Assembly: GCF_037042905.1 (NCBI RefSeq)
Contig: NC_087251.1
Location: forward strand, 46,440,001 to 46,504,000
Origin: Lytechinus pictus
Lineage: Eukaryota
Reading direction: 5' to 3'
Length of the DNA: 64,000 nt
Below the pieces are notes generated by a model that worked only from the letters and a program-made list of their open reading frames with translations, was not told where the DNA came from and did not search any database. Below, piece by piece: positions 52,016 to 64,000 of the stretch. A program made the position numbers and the translations under genes. Each line of letters opens with the position of its first letter. Position 1 is the stretch's first letter.

Positions 52016-53850
52016 GACATAGCGTGAATCGCGAGCTCAAACTTTTGGACATTTCATGTATGAAGACATGAAAAGTAAGCATTATGAGCAGTGTTTGTTA
52101 TTATGAAAAAGATGTGTGTACAATAGAATTGACGCGAGCGCGAAGCACGAGCTGAAATTTTTAATATACTGACCATAAAGGAACCTGATAAGGACAGCTT
52201 TTATAGTGACTGGTGAATAGTATACATATCTCACCAACTGAATAATGCGAGCGCGAAGCGCGAGCTGAAAATTTGTGATTCCAATCTGAAAACTAGACAT
52301 TCTAAGCACTTTTTTGTAACCAAGGACAGAATGAGTACCTTACTAAACAAAAATTGATGAGAGCGCGAAGCGCAAGCCAAAAGTTATGATTTTCTTACTT
52401 AAAATGAATCATGTTTTACTTCAAAAAAGGTTTTTCATTTTGAAAAAGGGCACATTTCATTAAAAAAAAGGCCTTTTCCATTTTGAAAAAGGTGCATTTT
52501 TCCTACGGGGAATTTGGTGGGGCAAGTGTCCCCCCCCCCCCTGCCCCCCCCCCCCCCCGTTCCGCTCCCCTGGTCTGGTATAAATGTTTAAAGCCCCTTT
52601 GTTACCCAACTGATTGATGCACAGTGCTGGATACAACACATATGTATGTTGATATTCTTTATTATCTTCAATAGTATCGAAATGTGTTTCGTAGAATTTA
52701 CATGAATTTACAAATTTACAATTTTTTAACATGCTATAAAACTATGTTTTGTAAAACAAGGCGAAAATCAAAAATGCCACGTACACCTTTCTTTTTTCTT
52801 TTTTTGCTTGTCAAATTTTTTCAGCACCCCCATAAAAAATCGTTCCCATGGCCCTGCTCTCTCTCTCTCTCTCTCTCTCTTTTATTTAAATCTTTTATCT
52901 TTATTTGGAGGCGAAGCTTAGCGATCGATTTGTAAAGTATTCTTTCAAAAATCTACGAAACGTATTTCGGTATTTAAATCCCCAAAAATCGAATAAAAAG
53001 AGCATAAAAAGGAGCGACCTGAGCTTTTTCAATAATACATTTTTAGTTGGCAAAAAAATTATGTGACTTTTGTGGTAAGTTGCCACCCCATCCCTCATCA
53101 AAATAGTCTAGCCCCGCCCCTGAAGTCACGTACGATCAGCGGTTGGTTCGGTGTAAAATGACAAGGGTTAAAGTTTCAAAGATCTTATATCCCCACGCAA
53201 CGCCCCTGTATAATGGCTAATGTCATATAAAAGGGGGTACTAGTAAATAGTTCAAAGGAAGGTGTTATAATAACAGGCGCTAATCGGGGGCGGTTGAGGG
53301 ACATTGCCCACCCCCGGAAAAAGATGAAAAGGGAGGAAGGGAAAGGTAAGGGGAAACAGGGGCGGCGGATCGTATTTTCGTTTTTTTTTTTGGGGGGGGG
53401 GAGCAAAACCAAAAAGTGCACTTAGGCCTTTATTATGTCAAACTGGGCATTTTGATGCAAACAGACATTTTCTCTATGAGATAATCCTCTGCGTGAAGTA
53501 GTTGTGTGTTTTGTAGATTAAGTTGAGCAAAGTTCTTTTGAAGTGATTTCTGATTTAGGCTTTATTTTTCGCGAGGGAGCATAGCGAGCGAGCTAACGGT
53601 TTGGAAAAAAAAATTGAAGTTGTAAGACTCGATTTTTTGTCATTTTATGGCGCTATTTACCATGTTTACAGTTAAAAGGGCTCAAACTTTTGAACATTTC
53701 ATGTAAGACATGAAAATAAAACATTCCGAGGAGGTTTTGTAATAATGAAAAAGGTGTGTGTCTAACTAGAGCGTTAACGCCAGTTAATCGACTGTTTGAA
53801 GTGACTCAGGAGGGTGTGCAGCGCGAGCTGAAAATGAGTTATATTATTAA

Positions 53851-54446
53851 AGGACAAGTCCACCCCAACAAAAATTGATTTGAATAAAAATAGAAAATCC
53901 AATTAGCATAACACTGAAAATTTCATCAAAATCGGATGTAAAATAAGAAAGTTATGACATTTCAAAGTTTTGCTTATTTTCACAAAACAGTTATATGCTC
54001 ATCCTGGTGGGTATGCAAATGAGGAGACTGATATCGTCATCCACTCACTATTTATTTTATATTTTATTATATGAAATAGGGAATATTCTATTTTTCTCCT
54101 CATTGTCAAGTGAAACAACGATCAATTCCTCCCTGAACATGTGGAATGAGCATTGTTTAATACTATATGATTCAGTCAAGTTGGTTGTTATTGTCAAATC
54201 TATAAAAAATGAAATATTGTATACTAGTAATTAAAACAATAAAAAACAAAAGAAATAGTGAGTGAGGAACATCATCGACTGTCTCATTTGAGTTGTGCAT
54301 ATCACTGTTTTATGAAAAATAAGCAAAACTTTGAAATGTCATAACTTTTTTATTTTACATCCGATTTCGATGAAATTTTCAGTATTTTGCTAGTTTGATT
54401 TTTCTCTTTTTATTTAAATCAACATTTTCTGGGGTGGACTTGACCT
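53851..54446. mobile_element. Kolobok-like MITE, intact
   Basis: TTAA|AGGACAAGTCCACCCC ... GGGGTGGACTTGACCT|TTAA; long imperfect TIRs. Confidence 0.85.
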
Positions 54447-55729
54447 TTAATATCTGAAAACTTTTTTGTAACAAATTAGGTCTCAAAATAATTAATTAAT
54501 AATCTATATGATTTTTTTTCGATTTAGAACTAAACTTGACATACTAAACACCTTTTTTAAATCATGAACAGGATGGGTATATAACTAAACAATAAAATGT
54601 GAATGAAAAGACAGTCCAAGGATTCTTTGTGTGAAAATTCATGAAGTATACCTATAATGAAGTGGGTGCCTATCTCGATGAAACAAAAAAAAAACTCGAA
54701 TTGCGAGCAAAATAATTTATACAAATTGACTTAAGCAGATTATTATCTTACTCAAGGCAATGTGAGATCGAGCGAAATTTTTAGTTGTAAATAATGAAAT
54801 GATTTTTTTTTACTTTCCAATTATGCCTCTTCCCTCGTTTTATTCACCTCTCCCCCTGGGGGTGGGGCTCTAGCAGCCCCCCTGTCTACACCAACGGGCA
54901 AAGATATTGTGAATTGTGTGAAATATGGAAAATAAATCAATATTTTTTAGGTAATCTTATATATGCACTATTTTATTTCTGCAAAAAGTATTTATCAGGC
55001 TTACAAGAAGTTCACATTTCAGAAGAAAAACATGAAAAATAATGATTACAAGTCATGTCCAACTTTAGATTTAATAGAGTGAGTTGGTTTCATTGATTTG
55101 ATTAGTTTAATTAGAATTTAGAAGAAATTTTGATTTCTGGTTTATTTAATTTTTTCCGTTGCGTTTTTGATGAATCTAAAGATTTAAAACTGTAATATGT
55201 AGGCCTACACTACGACAAATATTTGTACAAGTTCATAGAAGTGATTAAGATCAGTATTTTTTGTATAAAATAATCATGGTGATCTGTTCCTTTTGATAAA
55301 TGAATACACATTTCATTTACAAGAAAAAACACGATTTAACCGCCCAAAAAGTCTCATCTCTGTGATTTATTATATTCTTACAGTGGAAAGTATATATCTT
55401 GTGCGATTAAGTATGCATAATAACTAATACAATCATCATACACAAATACTTCCTTATGCGACCTAATGCTTTAAGTCACATTTTAAAACATTCCAAAAGG
55501 CATTTTCTGGGTTTTTCCGTTAATGGCCCCAAAGGCATTGATCATTACATTAATTGAACTTGAAGATTGCCTTGACCTTCTAGAGAGCTTTGCCGGGGAC
55601 ATTTGAACATTTAGATGACTATTTTACTTACCTGGTTATCACCAACCTGATGTTTGAAATCAATTCCGTGAAGTTTCCATCCTTTCCTCTTTTACGCAGT
55701 AATATCAGGAAAATCAAATCGACGTAGGC

Positions 55730-55920
55730 CTATCCTGTATATGTGTGCGTGATACGCTGTTTAAAATTCGTGGCGCCGTGGTCGTGACGCCATTTTTTAC
55801 AGTATAGATTCGGTTCACTCTCGCCTGCTCCAGATCCATTCTAAAAATTTATCGCCTTTGTGCGGCTCGCTTTCTTCGCCCCATTGCACATGACCAGTAT
55901 TCACATACGTCGTGTTGTTA
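55730..55920 (+). promoter_or_regulatory. Candidate promoter / 5' end of ERH
   Basis: CpG-rich patch with YY1-type CGCCATTTT at 55788-55796, upstream of the ERH exons. Confidence 0.35.
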
Positions 55921-56069
55921 ATGAATTCATAGTGATTGTCTCCGTCAATGTCGGGTTGTTTTTTTTTTTTTTAATTCTATGCGCAGACTATGGAGGGAGA
56001 AGGGGGTATGAGGGGGGGGGGGCTTACAGGGATCCATGAGGGGCAAAGCCCCCTCTCCCACTGCAAAAT

Positions 56070-56550
56070 AGAGCCTGAGGGTAATAAAAGAAGGGAAGAG
56101 CAAGGGAGAAAGAAGGAAAAGAAAGGAGAACGAGGGGAGAGAAAATTAAGGAAAATTACGAGAGGGGGCCGGATCGAGAGAGAGAGAGAGAGAGGGAGGG
56201 GGGGGGGGAAGAAGGGAAAAAGAGAGACAGCTAGAGAAGGAAAAGAAAGGAAACGGAGATAAAATGAAAGGGAAGAGTGAAAGAATGAAGGAAAAGGGAA
56301 AAGGGGGAGGGGAAAATAGAGAATAAGAGAAAGTGGAGAAAAGAAAGAGAAAGAGAAGGCCTGGGAGAAAAATGAAATTAAGGAAGAAACTGAAAGGAAA
56401 ATATAAAGATAAAGGAAAGGAAAAGTAAAAGGAAAAGTAAAAGGAGAAAGATAGAGATGAAAGGGAGCGATGAAAGAAAGGGATAGAAAGGTAGAAGGAA
56501 AAGGAAATGGAATAGGGGAAAATGGCACATGGAGAGAGGAAGAAAGAGGC
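56070..56550. repeat. Purine-rich low-complexity tract including (GA)n
   Basis: Almost purely A/G on the + strand. Confidence 0.85.
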
Positions 56551-57034
56551 CGTGTCTAAACAGCCCTCCATGAAGTAAGGCCGGCCGGGGTTATTTTATT
56601 AAGCAATGATCCGGACCGAAACGACCTTGTTCTCATGCCGCATACATTTGAGACACAAAGCATAGAGGAAAGTGCAGTAAAACAGCCTAAAGGGAGAAGG
56701 AAAAAAAAAAGGCACAGAAATAAAGTGAAAAAATAATAATCATGATAGGGAAGAGGAAAGAAAACAAAGGAAAAACGAAATCGCATGTAACGTAGCCTCA
56801 TTTTTTTTTAAAACAATTTGCAAAACTAGGAGCCTACAAGTTTGGCCTCCTCTTGTATTAAATTTAGAGATGAGAAAGGAAATATATGATAAGATATGGG
56901 CGGATCTAGTAGAGGCCGAAGCGGCCATGACACTTGTTGGTGACGCAAAAGCAGAAAAAAGGGAGAAAAGAGAAAAAGAAGGATAAAAGGAACGAAGAGA
57001 TAAAGAAAATACGAGAAAGAAAAAAAAAACAGGC

Positions 57035-57900
57035 AGATGTCCTACAGGATGATGTGAATGCAGTAAAGGAATGGGCAAACTTGTGGCAACTGAAATTCAA
57101 CGAGTCCAAGTGTAAAGTTATTCACTATGGTCGAAATAATCAAAGCTTCACGTACCATATGACAACTGAAGACGGTCATCAAGAAGTAAGGTCTGATGAA
57201 AAAGAAAAAGACCTAGGAGTCCTTTTTGAGAAGTCTCTATCCTTCAGCACCCATGCTGCTGATGTTGCAAGAAGGGCTAATGCAAAACTTGGAATGATTA
57301 AGAGGTCTTTCACAGCATTAAATGAGAAAGGATGGCTCAAGCTTTATAAAGCCATAAGGCCTTCTCTGGAATATTGCAACTCTGCATGAGCTCCTGTATA
57401 TAAACGAGATGAAGATCTACTTGAAAAGGAACAGCAGAGAGCAACCAGACTTTACCTCATCTCCGGCCGTCATCTAGACTATCCTGAAATGCTGAAGGCT
57501 TTAAAACTACCTACTCATATAGAAGACAAAGAGCTGAACTGATCCAAATATACAAAATTTCAAAAGGTCTTGATCAAATTGACCTAAACAACCTCTTTGA
57601 GATTGATGTTCACGGTAGAACCAGAGGTCACAGCATGAAATTAAGAAAAAACAGATGCAAATTGGAAATAAAGCAAAATGCATTTTCAATTAGGAGTAGG
57701 ACCTATAAATAAATATGCTTTACCCGAGGAAGCAGTTTCTGCATCTAGTGTCAATATGTTCAAGTCAGCTATTGAGAGGCACTGGAAAACCATCCACTAA
57801 AGTTTCTACCAGAGACTATCCAACGTGACGAGGGGCAAATAAGCTACAAGCTTTACGTCTCTACATCCAAGTAAATCCAAGTCCCGGATCCAAGTAAGTA
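57035..57900 (+). mobile_element. CR1 LINE, 5'-truncated ORF2 end plus tail
   Basis: LQDDVNAVKEWANLWQLKFNESKCKVIH..EKDLGV..ANAKLGMIKRSF..RPSLEYC..TRGHSMKL; tail repeats of ATCCAAGT. Confidence 0.9.
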
Positions 57901-58202
57901 AATTAAATGAAAAGAGGGAGGATGGCCTGTACAATCAACCCACACTTTTTTTTTAGACAGAAACAAAATGTTTAAATCAATGGGAAATGCTACAGCTAAT
58001 GCGTAGATTCATCTTTAATTGCTGTTAAATGCCTGAATTGACCTAACTTTGGCATTCTAACATTGTCTAATGAAAACGCAAATCTTCTCGCTCTTTTTTC
58101 ATTTTTGATTTGTCCTCTTGAGTTACGGTAGAATTCAATTGCCGTGGCTGGTTTGTTTCAACGACAGAATAGGTTCTATTCTACACAAAAAAAAATCGGA
58201 AA

Positions 58203-61200
58203 ATGGTAAGCAAAGATACGAATAAGTCTTGTATTTTCGTTAAAGTTGTATTCTAAATTTGATTTTCATGTTGCTGTGCCCTGTATATGTTGATTAACAC
58301 TTAATGAATCATTTGTCGTTTAATTCAAGCATGCACTAATTTTTTTGTTAGCTGGTAGTTTTAGCTTTCGCAGCCGACCCGAAGGCAGCCGCGCGGGCGT
58401 GTGGATAGTGGAACTTGTGCTTATTTCGTTAGGGGTTGCTAAAGCGCAGTTGCGCCCCGTACCGCAGACAGTCCTCACTCAGCTAATTACCGGTACCTCA
58501 ACTTCTCAAGATGGTTCGTGCATGCTCCACTCCACTTCACTACCAACTACCGCTACAGCCTAGTCTTGAGGACGCAATGATGATGATTTTTAAAATAATG
58601 AAATATACTTCTTCATCATTGACGTCTTGACACTCTTCCCCCTGTCGCATAAGAGAAGAACCATAATAAAGATGGATTTCCCTCGGAAATCCATCTTTAG
58701 AAACAAAAATCACTTTAATTGTATTGATTTCATTAATTTTCACACCTTCCTACGCCTAATGCGTAGGAAGGTTTTAAAAATTATAACATGAAAATGTGAA
58801 AAATTTAAGGTTTCTTACCTAACTGATGCCGGATAAACACCTCGATCCACATGTAAACAACGTAAGTACAATAGCGTCGACCCTTGAACCGCTTATGTAT
58901 GACGTACTTCCGGCTAGCGATGCCGTTCTGATGAATAATTTATAGAAAAAAAATATTATTTCGCAAATGTTAAAATGTATCACGTAAATTAAAAATAATT
59001 GTCAGTTTCATACCAATTATTTTTAATTACGTGATAAATTTTAACATTTGCGAAATAATTTTTTTTTCTATAAATTATTCATCAGAACGGCATCGCTAGC
59101 CAGAAGTACGTCATACATAAGCGGTTCAAGGGTCGACGCTATTGTACTTACGTTGTTTACATGTGGATCGAGGTGTTTACTCAGCATCAGTTAGGTAAGA
59201 AACCTTAAATTTTTCACATTTTCATGTTATAATTTTTAAAACCTTCCTACGCATTAGGCGTAGGAAGGTGTGAAAATTAATGAAATCAATACAATTAAAG
59301 TGATTTTTGTTTCTAAAGATGGATTTCCGAGGGAAATCCATCTTTATTATGGTTCTTCTCTTATGCGACAGGGGGAAGAGTGTCAAGATGTCAATGATGA
59401 AGAAGTATATTTCATTATTTTAAAAATCATCATCATTGCGTCCTCAAGACTAGCTACAGCCTACACTACGCTCCACCTACCCGAAAGTCAAGGCCAGGTC
59501 AAAAACTCGCTCTGGCCAAAGGTGGGAAAAGAATAGACAGCTGGCAGCCGTCTGTTTCGAGGAGTTTTTTAACATTTTTTTTTTTTTTAATTTCTCCTCG
59601 TACACAGACGGCTCGCTAGCGTGCAGCCACCATTAGGGGACTTGCAATGCAAAATCCCCCCGTCGGGGCTCTTCAATTTTTGTCTTTAATGAATAAAAAT
59701 TTTGAAAATTAACGCGACCAAAATGCAAATTAATATTCCCTCTTGGCATTAATTGCCAAAAAACGGAGAAAAATCAAGGTAAAAGGAACAAAAACAGTGA
59801 CTTACCTCGGCTGTCGCGCAAATTCACTTCCCCGTTTTATCCGATCTTAAGTACATAAACATATGGCCATTGAGTCCCCTGTACAGATCGCGCTAGAACT
59901 TCGGTCTCTGTATTTGGTGAGTGAAGCCAACGGAGTTCAGCTGAACAACCAACATAACACAGAGACCGAAGCTTTTGGTCTAGGAAAAGAATGCATATTT
60001 ATTGTAAAAATCCTAATTCCTACACCGAAAGGCGAAACTAGCTTAAAAAGAATAAGGGCACCACAATGAGAAATCTAATTTCTTACTTTTCATCCTAATT
60101 CACTCCATATCCATCCTCCGGTTAGCCTCAAAATTGGTGATTTAGAGACAACATCGAGTTCCTCACACGTAATAATAATGATATAGCCATAGGTACGTAT
60201 ATTTACCCAGGGATTAGGGAAGCCACTTCACTTCAGTTCTGAAAACTGTTCTCCCAGCGGGCCCTGCTATTATTATAAATAATTCACTGCCGATTTCAAA
60301 CATCGTATGTGCGAGGGTCCGAGCTCAGACCCTCGCTTACTAACTTACTATCGGATACAGCTCGCTCCTTGCCCTTTGTTGTAAACATCTCAAAATCTGT
60401 GATTTGAAGCTGGTTCCCAGTTTCCCACACGTATTAATCTAGTGCCAAATCCAAAATGGCGACGCGAATTGTGCATGACCCGTGCGCAATTCACGCTCTG
60501 GAACTGCGATGTCTCGTAATATGGGTCTTGCGAGCAGGGCTGGGTGGCTTCTGAACCGAACTTTTGTCATTCGGAGTAACTAGAGAACTGAAAATTAGGT
60601 CTGAAAAAGGGGGTCATCAAAGCGGCACATCCCCGTACCACCAATATATGTGAGTGCTCCCCCCCCCCCCGGCCCGATAATGAATCGAGCAAGACCCGTG
60701 CGTGTTTTTTACATAGCCGGTACCGATTACGCCTAGATCAACTGATTTCCGGAGACCCGTTTTTGATGTGGTCCGTTCCAGAGCATTGCATTTTTGGCAA
60801 TCGTTGATCCAAGAGCCGCTCCGGAGACCCTCATTTTAAGACCAAGATTTAGTTCCAGAGCCCCCTATTTTCGAGTTGGCGCGACACATAGGTATCATAT
60901 TATAATTTGAGTACCCCCCCCCCCCTCCGGTACTCTACACCTACCTGAACATCAAGGTACAAAACTCGCTTCGCTAGTCTGAGTGACAAATGTGTCACTT
61001 TATGGGGAGAAAATATAAAACCCCTGCAACAAAATGACCTTACAATTCATTTATAACAACTCGTCTTACATTTCACAAAGTTTCACATTTTTTTCCACGT
61101 TTCTATCAGTCTCAAAATTGGTGATTTAGAGGCAGTATCAGTTTCCTCACACATATTAATTCACTGCTGATTCCAAAACATCGCAAACACAAATTGCGCA

Positions 61201-63137
61201 TGCGCGGAAATCGCAGCTCAAGACAATTCATGAATATTCATGAGTAGGACTATAGATCGAGATCTGATGCAAATGCGAAACGATCCCGTTTAATTTCATT
61301 CATTTTGCCCAAATAACACTTGGTCTAATTAGACCAAATGGTTATTGGACCAAATGGCTATTGAACCAACTGGCTATTAGACAAAATGGTGAGTGGACAA
61401 AAAGGCAATTAGACCATGTGGATATTCGACGAACTGATGTAGACCAATGGTAGACCATTTGTACTTTCCTCTTTGTTTTTCAATTTTTTATGTCGCATGC
61501 CTGTGAGGGCGAAGTCGCCCATAGTCATATAGACCTTACAATGTATGTATTTCCTATGCTGATTTGAATTTTGTTCTGTTGTCATACAATAGCCTTGTTT
61601 AATATGATTAAAATGCATGTTTTTATCAAGTTGGCATGCCTATGTTAGAAAAGCACTCAATCTTCAATATGGTTTCCAGTGTGATTTTTAAGTCTGCTTT
61701 CCTATGCTTTTCATTGACAACACTTTCATCTCTTTTTGTTGTTGTTCTAGGCTCACACAATTTTGCTCATTCAGCCCGATGCCCCCATGTCCAAAACGTA
61801 TGCAGACTATAGCAGTATCAAAGAGTGCATGGAAGGTAAGTACAGAATGTATTTATTTTCATCCATTTCTATGGCTCATTGCCCCCCCCCCCTCCTTTTG
61901 AATCTTGAACTTATGCATATTCGATTGCTGTACGTGTGTGAGAAACTGATTCAAACTCAGGTTTAAAGTTGTGGTTTAAGTATGGATAGCCAATTGTTAC
62001 ATAAATCACTAACAGTAGAGATATCATACTTCAGCTTATTTGGCTCTCAAATCATTCATAATTGTCAAGGAAGTATATATAGATGATTGTCTTCACCATT
62101 GATGGATCAGGAAAGAGCACAGTAAACATAAGAAACATACAACTTAATAAAAATTTTGATACTTTTGGCTTCCCATACTTAAACCACAACTTTAAACCTG
62201 TTATCAGAATACGGGCCATTGAGTTTGAACTAGCACGTCCGAAGCTTTTATATGATATACAATTTGTCTAAGTTGATCAACAATAACCCTCACAAATGTA
62301 GACGCAATGGGAAGCTGATGACCCCTTACATATTGCTGGTCTTGAGAACAAGATTAATATGTTTGGCCTTCTGTTGGCGACACTTGGGACTTACTATATT
62401 ATGGTAGCTACCGTATTGATAGAGCTAGCCAATGCGTTTATGGTTACCATAATTGTAAGTCTGCAAGGAATATGGCACCTGGGCCCGTTGCATAAAAGTT
62501 ACTATTATGGTGTAACTTTGCCATCTAATGGTAACTAGTATGGTAATGATGATCAACAGCCAATCAGAATCAAGGATTCCATGCAAGTTACCATTGGATG
62601 GCAAAGTTACCATAATGGTAACTTTTATGCAACAGGGCTCAAATACGCCCTTGCATTCTCCAGTACTTTAAGCATAAATAACTATGGTAATATTTTCTTA
62701 CTTCGGCTGCAGGCAATGGCATGTGGCCAATCAAGGGCCAGTCAGATGATACGTAGATCTAAGGGGGCCTTCTCTACCACAGAAGTCCGGGGTCTGATTC
62801 CCAGCATGGCCCATGAGCAAGGAAGTTTATCTACATTGCTCTTTTATCTTGCATCAAGTAAATGCAAAATGCTATGTGCAGTATTGATACCAATCTGTGC
62901 ACATTTTAATAAAAAAAAATGAATTGATAAAATGAATGATTCATAATTACCACCGAGTCAGATGACATAATACTTCAGCAGTAATAAATGTCAATGTGGT
63001 TTGCTCTGCTCCTTAGGTATTTGCCGGATCTTCGAAGAGCATCTTAAAACGTGTCATCCGAGTAGTCCATCAATCACATATGATATCAGCGAGCTGTTTG
63101 AATTCATCGATAACATGACAGATATTTCATGCCTGGT
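58203..63137 (+). CDS. ERH: Enhancer of rudimentary homolog, 3'-partial. Candidate ATG exon end 58203-58205, exons 61751-61835 and 63017-63137
   Basis: [69 protein letters not shown]. Intron positions match ERH. AAAATG|GTAAGC at 58203 fits the ATG-only first coding exon (alternative at 61386). Confidence 0.85.
58561..59452. mobile_element. Fold-back (palindromic) non-autonomous Academ/AcademH-like element
   Basis: TAGTCTTGAGGACGC..GCGTCCTCAAGACTA; ~440-bp arms around a 12-nt loop (59002-59013); exact 9-bp TSD GCTACAGCC (58552-58560, 59453-59461). Confidence 0.9.
61320..61462. repeat. Short tandem (TA)GACCAAATGG-type repeat
   Basis: About 8 degenerate 15-17-bp units preceded by the inverted TTGGTCTA. 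Confidence 0.65.
61751..61835 (+). CDS. ERH: ERH coding exon 2
   Basis: ctag|GCT CAC ACA ATT ... GAA G|gtaagt. Confidence 0.95.
63017..63137 (+). CDS. ERH: ERH coding exon 3
   Basis: ttag|GT ATT TGC ... CTG GT|gtaagt; contains PSITYDIS. Confidence 0.95.
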
Positions 63138-64000
63138 GTAAGTAGACTGATATTGATGTACGTCTGGAAATTTTTTTTTTTGTGAATGCTGCAGCTGTTG
63201 CTTTTCAGAAATTTTAGCTAGAAAAAAATTTATCATTTCGGCTTAAAATAATTTAATTTGTGTTAACTTGTCCAAAGGACCTATTTAATCCAAAATAGTC
63301 CCTGGGATGGTGACCAAAATTTACATGATTGTAGAAAATTATGTAATCTACAGGAAATGCGTGAAATTTAAATTTGGCTGTAAATCTGTTCTAATTTATG
63401 AACTGCTCATTTTAGATTGAAAATAAAAGATTGGTTGTTTTCTTATAATATTGTTGGGCTATGACTAGGTCATATTTATACAAAATCAAGTCTTCATATC
63501 TCATTTGAAGCAGAATGTTTTTCTGATCAATATAAGACAAGTTTGAAGAAAATCGGTTGAAAAAATTGGTCTGTTTTGGCAAAAAAAAATTAGGGGGCGT
63601 GGCCTAAAAATGTTGACTTGTTGTGTGTGGAGAACGGAAGAAGTCCTTTAGAGCTGATATTTCAAAAACCAAGTTTATATATTTCATTTGAAGCAGGTTA
63701 TTTTTCTAATCACCGTTTGCCCCCAAAACGCTGAATTATCTTCTGTTGATGGTAAAAGTCCTTTTATTGAGCTGATTCGGTGTCTATTTCTTTGCTAACT
63801 ATCCTGATTGGCATTATCAAAAAATGATTAAAATATTTATCCCCCACTTCATTAAATTTCGTACTTGAATTGAAACCACTGCGTTTTATACCAGGTCACT
63901 TCCTGACTTGTTTATCTTTACTTGCACATCTTTTGACACCAAACATACATGGACACCAGATTTAGTTCAACAGATGAGGACACCGCATTTTTAGACCACA

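Noticed and set aside
58540..59536. Two near-identical ORFs [10 protein letters not shown].. on opposite strands
   Set aside because: Mirror images produced by the palindromic element; no recognisable domain.

Overview
Eukaryotic, AT-rich, repeat-dense animal DNA; the repeat repertoire suggests a sea urchin or other echinoderm (inference). Two host genes lie on the + strand. The first is SYVN1/HRD1 (ERAD E3 ligase): 13 coding exons at 3218-17333, with the N-terminal exon upstream of the window. The second is a divergent ERH (enhancer of rudimentary): exons 61751-61835 and 63017-63137, probable ATG micro-exon at 58203, last exon beyond the window. Between them is a decayed, spliced + strand unit: exon-like blocks resembling a tyrosine-recombinase (Crypton-like) gene (31205-32886), followed by broken STXBP4 exons (35026-38030). 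The rest is L2 and CR1 LINE fragments, tRNA-derived SINEs and many MITEs. Highlights are two TAG..CTA elements with 9-bp TSDs (AcademH-like; one keeps a RecQ helicase stub, the other is an 892-bp near-perfect palindrome), a MITE that has expanded into a 9 x 122-bp satellite, a duplicated stop-containing splice acceptor in SYVN1, and an in-frame duplication just past the SYVN1 stop. No rRNA, true tRNA or CRISPR was seen. All homology calls come from remembered protein and repeat motifs, not from database searches.
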